From IMG/VR virus record IMGVR_UViG_3300036772_000367, positions 1 to 64,000 of that record: DNA of 64,000 nt. The stretch is one strand, 5' to 3'. The stretch's first letter is position 1. Each line of letters opens with the position of its first letter. The notes below the pieces were generated by a model, which did no database searches, was not told the DNA's origin, and saw only the letters and a list, made by a program, of their open reading frames with translations. Source of the stretch: a virus. Of this stretch, positions 31,751-41,566 are shown piece after piece. The position numbers and the translations under genes were made by a program.

Positions 31751-32434
31751 ATGCCCGAGTACACGTTCGAACAACTGAATGACCTCACACCGATGGTGAA
31801 GGATCCGGCTGTCAAGATCGAGCCAGTCGCACTGATCGACACCAGCGGCAGCAACCTGTGGATGGCGACCTCCGGCGGCAAGGTCAGCCGGTGGGAGCTG
31901 GTCACCGAGCTGATGCAGGGCGTCGTCACGAAGCTGGCCCCGGCCGACTCTCAGGCCGAGCACGAGGAGGACGGCGGCGGCCTGATGATCGTCACCTTCG
32001 CCAACCCGCCGGGTCAGCACCACGAGGCACGGGTGGTCGGTGATCTGAACCCCGACAATTTCTCCACGGAATGGGGGACCATCGAGGTCGGCGGCGGTAC
32101 GTACGCCATGCCCGGCTGGGACCTGATGTTGGACAACTTCGTGAAGGAGTTCAAGGACGAGGCTGTGATGCCCACTCTCGGTCTGCTCGTCGTGACCGAC
32201 GGTGAGATGGCCGACCTGTCCCAGTTCGCCGCGAAGATCGGCGGTGTCGGTGACACCGTGAAGGTGGTCATGGCCGTGCACGGATATGGTGCCGACCACG
32301 ACCGTGCGGTGACCTCCTACCGCGCCGTGGAGAAGGCGCATCCCGACGCTCTGCGGGTCCTCCAGGTGGTGCCGAACACGAGCCCCGATGTGGTGGCTGA
32401 TGCCATGCTGACCCTTCTGGGTCTGAACGGCTGA
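31751..32434 (+). CDS. von Willebrand factor A domain protein
   Basis: LIDTSGS, GGGT, VVTDGE. Confidence 0.8.
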   Translation: MPEYTFEQLNDLTPMVKDPAVKIEPVALIDTSGSNLWMATSGGKVSRWELVTELMQGVVTKLAPADSQAEHEEDGGGLMIVTFANPPGQHHEARVVGDLNPDNFSTEWGTIEVGGGTYAMPGWDLMLDNFVKEFKDEAVMPTLGLLVVTDGEMADLSQFAAKIGGVGDTVKVVMAVHGYGADHDRAVTSYRAVEKAHPDALRVLQVVPNTSPDVVADAMLTLLGLNG

Positions 32435-32501
32435 ACCACGGTCGATCACCACATCACAATGCCGCTGTCTCGCTGAAAGCCAGCGGTCAAGAAAAATCGA
32501 A

Positions 32502-32648
32502 GTGACAACAAAACACAAGGTCGAAGTGATCCACGCTCCGGACTATTGGCGAGCTATCTGTACGTGCGGTTGGAAGGGCAAGGTTCGGCGTCATGCTGCT
32601 AAGGTGCATGAAGATGCTCTTAACCATGGCAAGGAAAACTGGAAGTAA
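32502..32648 (+). CDS. 48-aa CxCGW protein (not in ORF track)
   Basis: HKVEV...WRAICTCGW...H. Confidence 0.45.
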   Translation: MTTKHKVEVIHAPDYWRAICTCGWKGKVRRHAAKVHEDALNHGKENWK

Positions 32649-32686
32649 TAAACAACCCCGCCACACATTGTGGCGGGGTTGTTTAT
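32648..32686 (+). terminator. intrinsic terminator
   Basis: 18-bp perfect inverted repeat with AT-rich ends. Confidence 0.75.
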
Positions 32687-32703
32687 ATGAGAGGATGTAT
32701 TCC

Positions 32704-33024
32704 ATGCGCAAGATCGCTACGAACGTCACCGCGACCGAGAACTGCACCAATGCGGAGATTGCCATCTCAGGTTTCCTCACCGTGGTGCTGGTCGAGCAGG
32801 TAGCCAAGAACCCCGACGAGTACGAGATCGTCCTGGACGACCGCCTGAAGGGCACCAAGACAGAGATCCCGTTCGACTGCATGGGGTCCTTCACCGAGGC
32901 GGTGGCTGCCGCCGGTCGTGCCCTGCTTCAAGCCGCTCAGGATGCGAAGCTGGACGACATGGACGGAGTACTTGCCAGCGAGATGGCGAAGTCCTTCGAA
33001 CGGACTGGCTCTACCGAAGTGTAG
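32704..33024 (+). CDS. hypothetical protein
   Basis: GAGAGG RBS. Confidence 0.6.
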   Translation: MRKIATNVTATENCTNAEIAISGFLTVVLVEQVAKNPDEYEIVLDDRLKGTKTEIPFDCMGSFTEAVAAAGRALLQAAQDAKLDDMDGVLASEMAKSFERTGSTEV

Positions 33025-33033
33025 TGAGAAACC

Positions 33034-33062
33034 TTGCTATGAGCCTTGTCTCCTGGTAACGT
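33034..33062 (+). promoter_or_regulatory. early-type promoter
   Basis: TTGCTA-N17-TAACGT; upstream GTAGTGAGAAACC nearly identical to that at 2919. Confidence 0.7.
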
Positions 33063-33099
33063 CAGTCTTGTCAGTCACCCGACCGCACTGGAGGTCAGA

Positions 33100-33321
33100 A
33101 TGCCCGGTTCGATCCCTGATCGTGGCATGGAAGCACTGGTCCAGGTTGCTGGATCGATGAGCGACTTCGATGCTCGTATCTTGGTGGAAATCGGAGGCAT
33201 CCAGTACTGCCTGGGCTCACTGGGGAGCACCGACCTGGTCGAGTTGGCCAGCTATTTCCGCGACGCGGGGAATGCGATCGATCTTTTGTTTCTTGAAGCC
33301 AAGGTCGACGGCAGTCTGTGA
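33100..33321 (+). CDS. hypothetical protein
   Basis: CCGCACTGGAGGTCA RBS. Confidence 0.6.
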   Translation: MPGSIPDRGMEALVQVAGSMSDFDARILVEIGGIQYCLGSLGSTDLVELASYFRDAGNAIDLLFLEAKVDGSL

Positions 33322-33500
33322 CCGACAACCATCAACACAATTACATCGGAGGTCTCTTGAGCATCAAGATCGAGCGTCGGCTGCGATGGGGCGCTCTGTT
33401 CATCGCCATCATGGTCTTGGAAGTGGCGTCGAAGCAATTGACCAAGATTCTCACCAAGGAGATGCGCGACGCCAAGGGTGCTCGTTGCAAGCACTCGTGA
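33318..33500 (+). CDS. small membrane protein
   Basis: GTGA coupling; one TM helix. Confidence 0.45.
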   Translation: MTDNHQHNYIGGLLSIKIERRLRWGALFIAIMVLEVASKQLTKILTKEMRDAKGARCKHS

Positions 33501-33546
33501 CGATCGTTTGATCCACAACCAATACAACCGCACCGGAGGTTTTACC

Positions 33547-33846
33547 ATGAACACCTACACCGTCAAGATCACGGGCGACGCACGCTCCATGATGCCGCCC
33601 CACTTCCTGAGCACCGTCGAGGAGACCCGGCTGTCCGCTTCGACGGCGGAAGACCTGGAGCAGGTGATTCGGGCACTCGTCGCTGGCTACCAGGCTGGCA
33701 TGAACCTGCACCTGCCGTTGGAGGACTTCGTGCTGAAGCTGGACGAGAACGGCAACGGCGCCGGCAGCGTCAGGAGCGACAACTGGGAGATCCCCTTCCA
33801 GGTCACCCGCGTGGTTCCGGCCGAGCCGGAGTCGGAGACCGTCTGA
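33547..33846 (+). CDS. hypothetical protein
   Basis: CCGCACCGGAGGT RBS. Confidence 0.68.
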   Translation: MNTYTVKITGDARSMMPPHFLSTVEETRLSASTAEDLEQVIRALVAGYQAGMNLHLPLEDFVLKLDENGNGAGSVRSDNWEIPFQVTRVVPAEPESETV

Positions 33847-33848
33847 CC

Positions 33849-33888
33849 AAACGAGGGACGTGCGCATCGTCGCACGTCCCTCGTTTTT
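33849..33888 (+). terminator. intrinsic terminator
   Basis: AAACGAGGGACGTGCG/CGCACGTCCCTCGTTT plus T tract. Confidence 0.8.
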
Positions 33889-33912
33889 GTGATCGCACTG
33901 GAGGTTTTCGAT

Positions 33913-34455
33913 ATGACCCATGTACGGCGGGAGACTGCGCCCGCACCGACCCCTGACGAGGTCCAGGATGTCCTGGAGAACTCGGGGGCCGGTCAGTATG
34001 CGCTGGCTGTCACGGAGCTGGCTACGAGGATCTGGTGGGACCGAGGCGGTGTTGGTAACCCCTACGACATCGCCAACAGCGATCCGACCCCGCGCATCTT
34101 CCCGGACCGGCTGAAGGTTCTGCTGGAGGAGATGGTGCACGCCCGTACCTTGCTGCCGGTGTCGGAGAAGTGGAATTATCAGGCACGGAGCGCGATGGTG
34201 CCGAATCCCCAACATGGAGCCACCTACTACGGCTTGACCGAGCAGGTGATTGCTGCATGTGAGGTTGGTGAGAAGCGCATGATACGACGCGATGAAGCAA
34301 TCGCCCTGGTCCGACAGGTGCGCGAGTACTACTCCGAGGTACTCAAAGATGTTGTCACGACGCCGTCGGGTGACATCTCACTGTTGATGAGCATCGAGCA
34401 GTTCCGACACTTCTTTGATCTTCCCGATCCCGAGGCCGATGACCACGATGGCTGA
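33913..34455 (+). CDS. hypothetical protein, paralog of 3184-3684
   Basis: PTPDEV...GATYYG; CGCACTGGAGGT RBS. Confidence 0.7.
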   Translation: MTHVRRETAPAPTPDEVQDVLENSGAGQYALAVTELATRIWWDRGGVGNPYDIANSDPTPRIFPDRLKVLLEEMVHARTLLPVSEKWNYQARSAMVPNPQHGATYYGLTEQVIAACEVGEKRMIRRDEAIALVRQVREYYSEVLKDVVTTPSGDISLLMSIEQFRHFFDLPDPEADDHDG

Positions 34456-34681
34456 TGAGGATGACATTCAGTTTCTGGCACCGGCTGTTGCCTCGGCACA
34501 GATCGCGGCCGAGCCGCAGATCGTGTCTCTATCTGTCACGGGAGCCACCAGTGACAGACTCGGCTCCTTCTTGGATGTGGTCGAGCATATCGCCCATGCC
34601 ATGAATCTGAATGTCATCCTTGATGTGCCTGGCTACACTCGTGCATTCTATGGCTGGGAGTGCGACATCTGGAATGGCTGA
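34448..34681 (+). CDS. hypothetical protein
   Basis: 8-nt overlap coupling. Confidence 0.5.
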   Translation: MADEDDIQFLAPAVASAQIAAEPQIVSLSVTGATSDRLGSFLDVVEHIAHAMNLNVILDVPGYTRAFYGWECDIWNG

Positions 34682-34946
34682 CAACGAGAATCGTTATGTC
34701 GATCATATTGCACTCTCCGTGACCTTCACGATGGAGGGACGCGATCTTGACAGCATGTTCGAGAACGCAAAAGTGGAGGCAGCGGCAGTGTTCAATCGCC
34801 CCATTGACCGCCTGTACATTATCAGCCATACTCCTGTGCGACCCGCTACGGCGACGAAATTCCGTGCCCACTTGGATGAGCCTTCCTTTGTGGAGACGTG
34901 GAAAGTTGACGTAACTATTGGCGTGAAACCTGAAGGGGAAGAATGA
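34674..34946 (+). CDS. hypothetical protein
   Basis: 8-nt overlap coupling. Confidence 0.55.
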   Translation: MADNENRYVDHIALSVTFTMEGRDLDSMFENAKVEAAAVFNRPIDRLYIISHTPVRPATATKFRAHLDEPSFVETWKVDVTIGVKPEGEE

Positions 34947-35272
34947 TGGCTGGACAGCATCGCAGGAATGTCGAAGACCCTGCCGTCGCGATCGGTACTC
35001 TTGCACAGGGAATGGTCACCACGGCCGGGCTCGCGTTGTCCGTCTGGTTGCTGTTGAGTAACTACCAGGCTGCGAATCACGGTTTGTACTTCCTCTATAC
35101 CGTGATTGCGGCGGGGGGTCCTATTCTTGCATTCTTTCTCGGGCGGAAGTTGAAGGGATGGATTTCGGCCTATGAAACGGCACCCCGAGCTGAAGAGAGT
35201 TTTGGATTCTTTGGGGAGCGAATTCAGAGTGAAGTCTACGAAGAACACGCGATATCTGCTCTACGCTCCTAA
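34943..35272 (+). CDS. membrane protein
   Basis: two TM helices. Confidence 0.55.
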   Translation: MMAGQHRRNVEDPAVAIGTLAQGMVTTAGLALSVWLLLSNYQAANHGLYFLYTVIAAGGPILAFFLGRKLKGWISAYETAPRAEESFGFFGERIQSEVYEEHAISALRS

Positions 35273-35372
35273 TGGAGAGTCTTATACAACCCATGCGTCA
35301 ACGGATCCACATAGTAAACGTAATTTAGTCGCCTGGATTCGTCGCAATGGATTACCCAACTTTACAGCTTGA
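35172..35372 (+). CDS. HicA-like small protein
   Basis: alpha-beta-beta-beta-alpha pattern RVKSTKN...YAPNG...TTHASTD...RNLVAWIRRNG. Confidence 0.5.
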   Translation: MKRHPELKRVLDSLGSEFRVKSTKNTRYLLYAPNGESYTTHASTDPHSKRNLVAWIRRNGLPNFTA

Positions 35373-35383
35373 AGGAGATCGCA

Positions 35384-35758
35384 GTGACAACGGTAGCGTC
35401 CTGGAAGGACACGCCGGATTACGACGCACTCGTCGAGGAGATCGGTGATCCTCTCGAATGTGTTCGCGATCTTGATCAATTACTCGCCAGCACACAGGTG
35501 ACCTGGAACCAGTTCTTCGCGGAGCAGTTGGATACCAGCTTCCCGCCGCCGGTCGACGTCGAGCAGCTTTTGGCCCAGTACCCCAATCCGCTCTGGCCGA
35601 CCGTGCAGAGCATCTGGGACGAGTTGTGGCCACCACCGGAACCCCCGATCGATCTGGGCTTCCTCTCGTTGCCTCTGGAGCTTCAGGAGCACGCCACCCA
35701 GATACTGAACATGGCCAAGGACACGCTGCTCGCGTTGCCGTCAGAAGTTACCTCATAA
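35384..35758 (+). CDS. acidic Pro-rich protein
   Basis: AAGGAG RBS. Confidence 0.55.
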   Translation: MTTVASWKDTPDYDALVEEIGDPLECVRDLDQLLASTQVTWNQFFAEQLDTSFPPPVDVEQLLAQYPNPLWPTVQSIWDELWPPPEPPIDLGFLSLPLELQEHATQILNMAKDTLLALPSEVTS

Positions 35759-35778
35759 CCACTTGCACTGGAGAGTTC

Positions 35779-36126
35779 GTGAGTTATCAACAAGTAGCCC
35801 AAGCCCTGAAGGACGGCGCCGATCCAGCCATGTTGTGCCTGACGTGCCCATGGGATCGCTTCTGTGTGCAGTCACCCACAATGACCCAGGCCGAGTTGGA
35901 AGCCAAGATGGATGAGGCTTCCCGGCAGGACGAGGAGCAGGCTCGTACCGCTGAGCTGGAGGGCAAGAGGGTGGGGCTGCCGGTTCGCCTGTTGCTCACC
36001 GCCGCGACGATGACGCCCCATGTCACCAAGGCCGAAATGTGCCCGGTGCTGGCCCTAGGTCTGCGGCTGCCCGAGGGCCAGCAGATCGCGGGAGTGCTCA
36101 AGCAGTACATGCAGACGTCTCACTGA
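35779..36126 (+). CDS. hypothetical protein
   Basis: GCACTGGAG RBS; CLTCPWDRFC. Confidence 0.6.
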   Translation: MSYQQVAQALKDGADPAMLCLTCPWDRFCVQSPTMTQAELEAKMDEASRQDEEQARTAELEGKRVGLPVRLLLTAATMTPHVTKAEMCPVLALGLRLPEGQQIAGVLKQYMQTSH

Positions 36127-36144
36127 CAAAAAGAAAGAGGATTG

Positions 36145-36405
36145 ATGTCGGCTATTGACGACACGGTCGTATTGTTGCTACACGCGCGGGACAAGATCGA
36201 GCAAACCGGTCAGATGATCGAGGCATTCCGGCGAGAACTGGACGAGGCTGGTGCCCTACTCGTTCAGGCCGGAGGTGAGTACTACGGGACATTCGCACAA
36301 GGGCTCGTATTGGCGTTGGACACGGCCGAGCAGGCTAAGCAGTCCGCTGGAATTGTGGCTAAGGGAATTACTGATGAGGTCGCACGACTCCAGATGCCTC
36401 GATGA
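36145..36405 (+). CDS. helical hypothetical protein
   Basis: GAGGA RBS. Confidence 0.55.
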   Translation: MSAIDDTVVLLLHARDKIEQTGQMIEAFRRELDEAGALLVQAGGEYYGTFAQGLVLALDTAEQAKQSAGIVAKGITDEVARLQMPR

Positions 36406-36588
36406 GGAGGGGGAAAACTATGAGTGACCGCGACTACTGAGTGAAGACAATGGCTGCCATGATGCGCGCACGACAATACGGTCATCCGTGTCGTGTTAAG
36501 AATCATGGCAGCCATTGTGAGGTTTCTCAGCGGCGACTTCTCCGAACCCGTGCACACGAAAAGATCCAGTGGCGAAAGGATATCGACA

Positions 36589-36945
36589 ATGCAGTTCGTG
36601 GCGTTCACCGAGATGAATGAGTCGGAGGGTGAAGACTGGCGCTTCTGGCTTCAGCGCGATGGCAACGAGGAGAAGCTGAAGCAACTGAAGGCTCAGCTCG
36701 ATGAATACGATAAAGAGCATGAAGAATACGAACTGGATATGACTCCTACTGAAAAGTGGGAAGTCGACGTGTTGGTGAAGCACACCACTGGTGGTTATAT
36801 GCCCTTCGAGAATAAGTGCGTGGGGATTCTTCAGCTTCCTGAGCTTGTTCAGGATCATCCACTGGAAGCCTACTACGGTGGCAAGATCAGGAAATGCTTT
36901 GAGGTCTCTGTCGTAGATGATGGAGAGACGGATGCCAATGTCTAG
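36589..36945 (+). CDS. acidic hypothetical protein
   Basis: AAAGGA RBS. Confidence 0.65.
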   Translation: MQFVAFTEMNESEGEDWRFWLQRDGNEEKLKQLKAQLDEYDKEHEEYELDMTPTEKWEVDVLVKHTTGGYMPFENKCVGILQLPELVQDHPLEAYYGGKIRKCFEVSVVDDGETDANV

Positions 36946-37183
36946 TCCTGAGGTTGAACGTAGGCTGCTCTGTGAGAGGTTGGGTGCCTGGTACTCCGGT
37001 CGCGAGGATGGAGACTACTGGGAGGTCGGCCCATACCGCATTCGACGTACATTGAAGGATAAGGACAATGTAGAGCGAGCTGTCTTCTTCGGTGGGCACC
37101 GTGTGGAGACATGTGTGGATTTCTTGGAGGCTCTGGAGTACGTGGATCAGCAGATTAATATGAAGGAAGGACATGTCGGCTAG
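36938..37183 (+). CDS. hypothetical protein
   Basis: overlap coupling. Confidence 0.5.
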   Translation: MSSPEVERRLLCERLGAWYSGREDGDYWEVGPYRIRRTLKDKDNVERAVFFGGHRVETCVDFLEALEYVDQQINMKEGHVG

Positions 37184-37370
37184 GTATTGGCGCGATACGA
37201 ATTCGAAGCACGTCATCTATCGAACGAATGACGATGGAAGCGTGGATGTTCGTATGAGAAGTAATGGCTGGAGAATTAAGAAGTCGAAGATATACAAGTT
37301 GGCAATTAATCTGATTTCTGACACAACCATGCGAGAAGTCAACAGCAGCGAGTGGAACAAACCAGAGTAA
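37173..37370 (+). CDS. hypothetical protein
   Basis: AAGGAAGG RBS. Confidence 0.5.
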   Translation: MSARYWRDTNSKHVIYRTNDDGSVDVRMRSNGWRIKKSKIYKLAINLISDTTMREVNSSEWNKPE

Positions 37371-37383
37371 AGGATGTATCAAT

Positions 37384-37833
37384 ATGGATGTAGGTGAGGC
37401 CGAACACATTCTGAATCTGGAGGGCACCGGCTACTTTAGTCGAGCTTCGTGCACGGGGTGCGACTTCGTCATGAGAGGCCATGCCGACGACATCCAGCGT
37501 GCCTTCGACCGACAACACGAGGTGGAGCAGCCCTTCGTCGCCCCACCTCGTGTCGCGCTGCCGGAGGCCGCCGAGGATCCCACCCTAGCCAAGATCGAGC
37601 AGCGCATCATCATCCTGCTCACCCACCGAGTGGACTTCCAGACCTCTTCGGCCCTCTACGTGGCCCTGGGGCTCGCCGAGGCGCGCAGCTACCTGTTGGG
37701 TGACCACAGCGACCCGAGGGGCTATGTCAGCGTCCTGATGGCCCGCATTACCCACATGAGCAAGCACCAGCGCGAGAAGCTCCGTCACCCTACGCGCACG
37801 CGGGTCGAGCAGCATCAGTTGATGGAGGGGTAA
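37384..37833 (+). CDS. hypothetical protein
   Basis: AAAGGA RBS. Confidence 0.55.
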   Translation: MDVGEAEHILNLEGTGYFSRASCTGCDFVMRGHADDIQRAFDRQHEVEQPFVAPPRVALPEAAEDPTLAKIEQRIIILLTHRVDFQTSSALYVALGLAEARSYLLGDHSDPRGYVSVLMARITHMSKHQREKLRHPTRTRVEQHQLMEG

Positions 37834-38111
37834 TGATAATTTGTATACGCGAGGTGCGAGGCGATGATCGTCTTGCTTCTCCTTGTGTGGAATGTGGGCA
37901 CACTACTGTGGTGCATCCGGGGAAGGTGTCTAATCCTTCCATTGTGGCGTGTGTGATTTGTATGCTCATGCGTCTCCGAGACCCTCAACGTTTTGATGCA
38001 GCCACATCATGGGATGAGATTGAAGGGGCACAAGAGTTCGATCCCATCGATCCCCATCCAGGACAGCCGAATTGGCCCATGCCGGGATGGGCGCGACCGG
38101 AGGATCGATGA
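37833..38111 (+). CDS. Cys-rich hypothetical protein
   Basis: TAATG coupling; CVECGH...H...CVIC. Confidence 0.5.
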   Translation: MIICIREVRGDDRLASPCVECGHTTVVHPGKVSNPSIVACVICMLMRLRDPQRFDAATSWDEIEGAQEFDPIDPHPGQPNWPMPGWARPEDR

Positions 38112-38352
38112 GTACTCCACACTTCCAGACCGGTGGGACAGCGGCGATCGCCGAGCGCTCGTGTGAGGCTTGTCAAGTAGACGACCATGGGCGATGCCAG
38201 CGGTATCAGGGCAGCCAACGTGATAATGACCTATGGCATGGGATCCGCAGGATAATGCTTCTTTCGGCGAGCCGTATTATCCCTGGTGTTCTTGTTATGA
38301 ATATCTGCATGAGCAGCAATACCCAGAATACTACGATGGAGAGCTGGAATAA

Positions 38353-38880
38353 ATGTTCGGCCCACTTTGTGGTAGCACTCACCCTACTGGTACCACGTGT
38401 GTGAAACTTCCTGACGGCCATAAATGGTGTCTGGGATGGCATGATGGTGCCATGATCTATTGGGATAATCCGCACTACATACCGGTACCGTCGAAGGTGC
38501 GCGAACGCAGTACTCCCCAAAAGACTTTGACGAAGATGGCTGCTCGCGTTGACCCCTCAACGTCGGTGACAGCCCGAGAGATGGCTGTGAAGGGTGCGGA
38601 ACGCGCGGAGGCGATGTGGACACCGGAACAGCGCCGCGAGGTCTTTGACGCCATCCTGGCGGTCGCCCGAAACCTGAAGCGATTTACTGCTGATGATGTA
38701 TGGCGGCACTTGGACAACACCGTGCCGATAACGATGGGACTGGCCGCTGTTCTACGACGTGCTGTCGCAGCGGGACATATCCAGCCTACCTCGGACTTCG
38801 CCTATTCCACCCGACAGGATCGCACTGATCACGATTACGGTCGGCATCTACGTATATGGCAGTCCACTGACGTGACCTGA
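38353..38880 (+). CDS. hypothetical protein, possible winged helix (FTADDVW)
   Basis: GGAG RBS; motif pattern. Confidence 0.6.
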   Translation: MFGPLCGSTHPTGTTCVKLPDGHKWCLGWHDGAMIYWDNPHYIPVPSKVRERSTPQKTLTKMAARVDPSTSVTAREMAVKGAERAEAMWTPEQRREVFDAILAVARNLKRFTADDVWRHLDNTVPITMGLAAVLRRAVAAGHIQPTSDFAYSTRQDRTDHDYGRHLRIWQSTDVT

Positions 38881-38975
38881 TGCCTGTGCCAAGCCTGGAC
38901 TCTCCCGCACAAGAGATAGAAGGAGAGCCGACATTCACCGATGGTGAGCGCGGAAGAATCCAGGAAGGCCGGAGA

Positions 38976-40475
38976 ATGCCTGATAGCACCGACGTGCAAC
39001 GGCTGCTGGTGGAGGCAGCGAAGGCACCCACATTGCAGGAGACCCAGCGTCTGGTGACGGCTGCGGAGGATCTACGCAGTCAGTTGTACGCCGAGGCCGC
39101 AGCAGTACGTGACGTTGAGCTGGGCAATGCCCTGGTACTCGACCATCTACGACCGGTTGCCACCTACGAGCGACACAGCACTGCTACCGACTGGATCGGC
39201 GACCTGGTCACCAATTCCGATGCTCGGACCGCTTCTGCACAAGCTCAGGCCCGGGGCACCGTCTGGTTCAACAAGCTGGCCGCTGTGGTTGTGGCCGATG
39301 AGGACGAGTTCGTTCAGCAGGCCCTTGGCATGGCTCAGCGCATCGCGGGCCCCCATGGTGAGCAGGCCCCGGTCGTGAAGCAAGCCTTCCTGGATCACGT
39401 CGTTGCTCTACGACAGCATGATGCCATGTTGCATGAGGCCATCAATCCAGCTACATTTCCCAGCAATCTCAATGGCACCTATGAAGGAATGCCTGAGGGA
39501 TATACCACATCGGAACGCGCACCGGTCATCGAGCAGTTGGAAGCGAATGATGGCCCGAACGCGTCACAGAATGTTGTGCCCGTGAATGATCCGGGGCTGG
39601 GACAAGTAGACACTCAAGTCGAGCGTATCAACAATACCGATCTCGGCGGCCAGAACCAGCCCACCACCAACACGGCTGACCTTGGTCAGGACAAGCAAGC
39701 ATCTCGTCGGACAGTGCACAAGGAGAGCGGTATGCAGCAGGCACAGTGCCCGACCTGCGGACACGGTCGTGTGGCCGTGCGGCAGGCTCCGTTGCCCAGC
39801 ATCGAACAGATCATCCGCCAGGGTGTGTCGGGGCTGGACCAGATCGACCAGACCGTGGATCCCCACGACAACGGTGCGGCGCCCACCCCGTATCCTGCGG
39901 ACGTTGCTTTTCCCTGGACCATGCAGGAAGGCGCACAACAGCAGACCATCAATCAGGCCGAGCAGCAGATCGCGCAGCGTGAGCAGCAAAAGGGTGCCTC
40001 CCGGCGCATGTCCAAGCAGGAGGCCGCCAACTACGCCGCCCAGGAGGCGTACCGACAGGTGATGGCCGGTTACGACGCTTCTGGTTGGGCTGGCGACATG
40101 GGCGCCACACCGCCCGGTCCAGGCCAGCAGGATGGTGGCCCTGGTGCCGGCCCGGCGGTGAACCTGGGCTTCCCCGATCCGGTGTATGGCGAGGGCGGCG
40201 ACAACGGCAATCAGCCGATGCGGCCTTACGGCCAGGACGAGGCGAACGACTACACCAACAACCAGGGCATGAACTACACCCCTGGTCAGCCCACCCAGTA
40301 CGACACCCCCATCCAGACCTCCAATGCTCCGGCTGGTGGTGGCGCACCGGGCTTCCCGAATCCCCCGATCAACAACGGTGCCCAGCAGAAGAAGTCCTCG
40401 GTGGATACCGACCCCGAGCTTCAGAAGGCCCTGGCTTTCGTGCGGCAGCGTCGGGCTTTCCTGGAAGCCAGCTAA
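38976..40475 (+). CDS. virion head-associated protein (low complexity, Q/G/P/N-rich)
   Basis: GGAG RBS; first gene of the structural block. Confidence 0.7.
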   Translation: MPDSTDVQRLLVEAAKAPTLQETQRLVTAAEDLRSQLYAEAAAVRDVELGNALVLDHLRPVATYERHSTATDWIGDLVTNSDARTASAQAQARGTVWFNKLAAVVVADEDEFVQQALGMAQRIAGPHGEQAPVVKQAFLDHVVALRQHDAMLHEAINPATFPSNLNGTYEGMPEGYTTSERAPVIEQLEANDGPNASQNVVPVNDPGLGQVDTQVERINNTDLGGQNQPTTNTADLGQDKQASRRTVHKESGMQQAQCPTCGHGRVAVRQAPLPSIEQIIRQGVSGLDQIDQTVDPHDNGAAPTPYPADVAFPWTMQEGAQQQTINQAEQQIAQREQQKGASRRMSKQEAANYAAQEAYRQVMAGYDASGWAGDMGATPPGPGQQDGGPGAGPAVNLGFPDPVYGEGGDNGNQPMRPYGQDEANDYTNNQGMNYTPGQPTQYDTPIQTSNAPAGGGAPGFPNPPINNGAQQKKSSVDTDPELQKALAFVRQRRAFLEAS

Positions 40476-41024
40476 GTGGCAACGCACTGGGTCTTCCAGA
40501 TTCCACAGCGCCATGTTGAGCGAGAACTAGTCGCCGCTCATGGTGATGGCTTCGCCACGTTCGCCGAAGGCGTGGCGAAGGGGCTCGGCACCAAGACCTT
40601 CCTGATCTGGCAGACAGTCGTGGTCATCCTCTGGATCACGCTGAACCTTGTCGGTCTCACCGTCTGGCACTGGGATCCCTATCCTTTTATCTTGCTTAAT
40701 CTTGGTTTCTCGACCCAGGCAGCGTACGCGGCACCCTTTATCATGTTTGTAGGCAATCGCCAGGAGAAGCGGGCGAAGATTCGGGCTGACATCGAGTTCG
40801 AGAATGATCTGCGCAATCGTGTATATATCACGGCCCTCTGCCATAAGTTGGGTGTGTCAGTAGAGGAATTGGAGAACGTGGTGCAGCAGGAGTTGACGTC
40901 GGTACGGGATCAAGAGGTCCAGGCCGACATGACAGCTCAGCCTCGGCACAAAGCCATCGTGGACTCCGCCAGCACCGACATTCAAAGCGCTGTCCAGGAG
41001 AAGACGGATAATGGGGCGACCTAA
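40476..41024 (+). CDS. DUF1003 membrane protein
   Basis: WDPYPFILLNLGFSTQAAYAAP. Confidence 0.88.
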   Translation: MATHWVFQIPQRHVERELVAAHGDGFATFAEGVAKGLGTKTFLIWQTVVVILWITLNLVGLTVWHWDPYPFILLNLGFSTQAAYAAPFIMFVGNRQEKRAKIRADIEFENDLRNRVYITALCHKLGVSVEELENVVQQELTSVRDQEVQADMTAQPRHKAIVDSASTDIQSAVQEKTDNGAT

Positions 41025-41190
41025 AAAGCCTCCTAAAAAGATCAAACGCCTGGAAAAACCAGCTACGACGGAGTATCAGCGGGAACAAGCAAATGAAATA
41101 GGCGGAGTGCGCGTTAGCAAGGCTGAGGCGCGGCGGCGAGAGAAAGATAAGAAGAAGAAAGATGATGATGCGGACACCGAAAAGGGATAG
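41011..41190 (+). CDS. 59-aa Lys-rich protein (not in ORF track)
   Basis: MGRPKKPPKK...; fills the gap between genes. Confidence 0.5.
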   Translation: MGRPKKPPKKIKRLEKPATTEYQREQANEIGGVRVSKAEARRREKDKKKKDDDADTEKG

Positions 41191-41194
41191 GTAA

Positions 41195-41566
41195 ATGAAC
41201 TTCCTGGCAGCGGCGATTCACTTGGCTGATGGTCTGTCCAGCGACATGAGCATGGATCCCGCCATGCAGGATGCCGCCCTACCCACGACCCGCACCTGGA
41301 CACAACCGGAGCCAGAGACCGACGAGCTGGATCCCGCCGCGCCGGGAGGTCCGTCACCGTACAACGGGGTCGAACCCTTTGGTCATCCAGTCACCACCGA
41401 TCAGGAGTGGCTCGATCCCAATGGCCGCAAGCCCCGTCGGTACGAGACGATGCCGCACATCAAGGGACCGGACGAGGACGTGGCCACCCTGCACGCTGCC
41501 ACGTTGCACTCAGCTCGGCGCAACTCCTACGAGGACAAGGCGGTGCGCTATGCCCGACGTAGCTGA
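41195..41566 (+). CDS. virion-associated hypothetical protein
   Basis: AAPGGPSPYNGVEPFG motif. Confidence 0.65.
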   Translation: MNFLAAAIHLADGLSSDMSMDPAMQDAALPTTRTWTQPEPETDELDPAAPGGPSPYNGVEPFGHPVTTDQEWLDPNGRKPRRYETMPHIKGPDEDVATLHAATLHSARRNSYEDKAVRYARRS

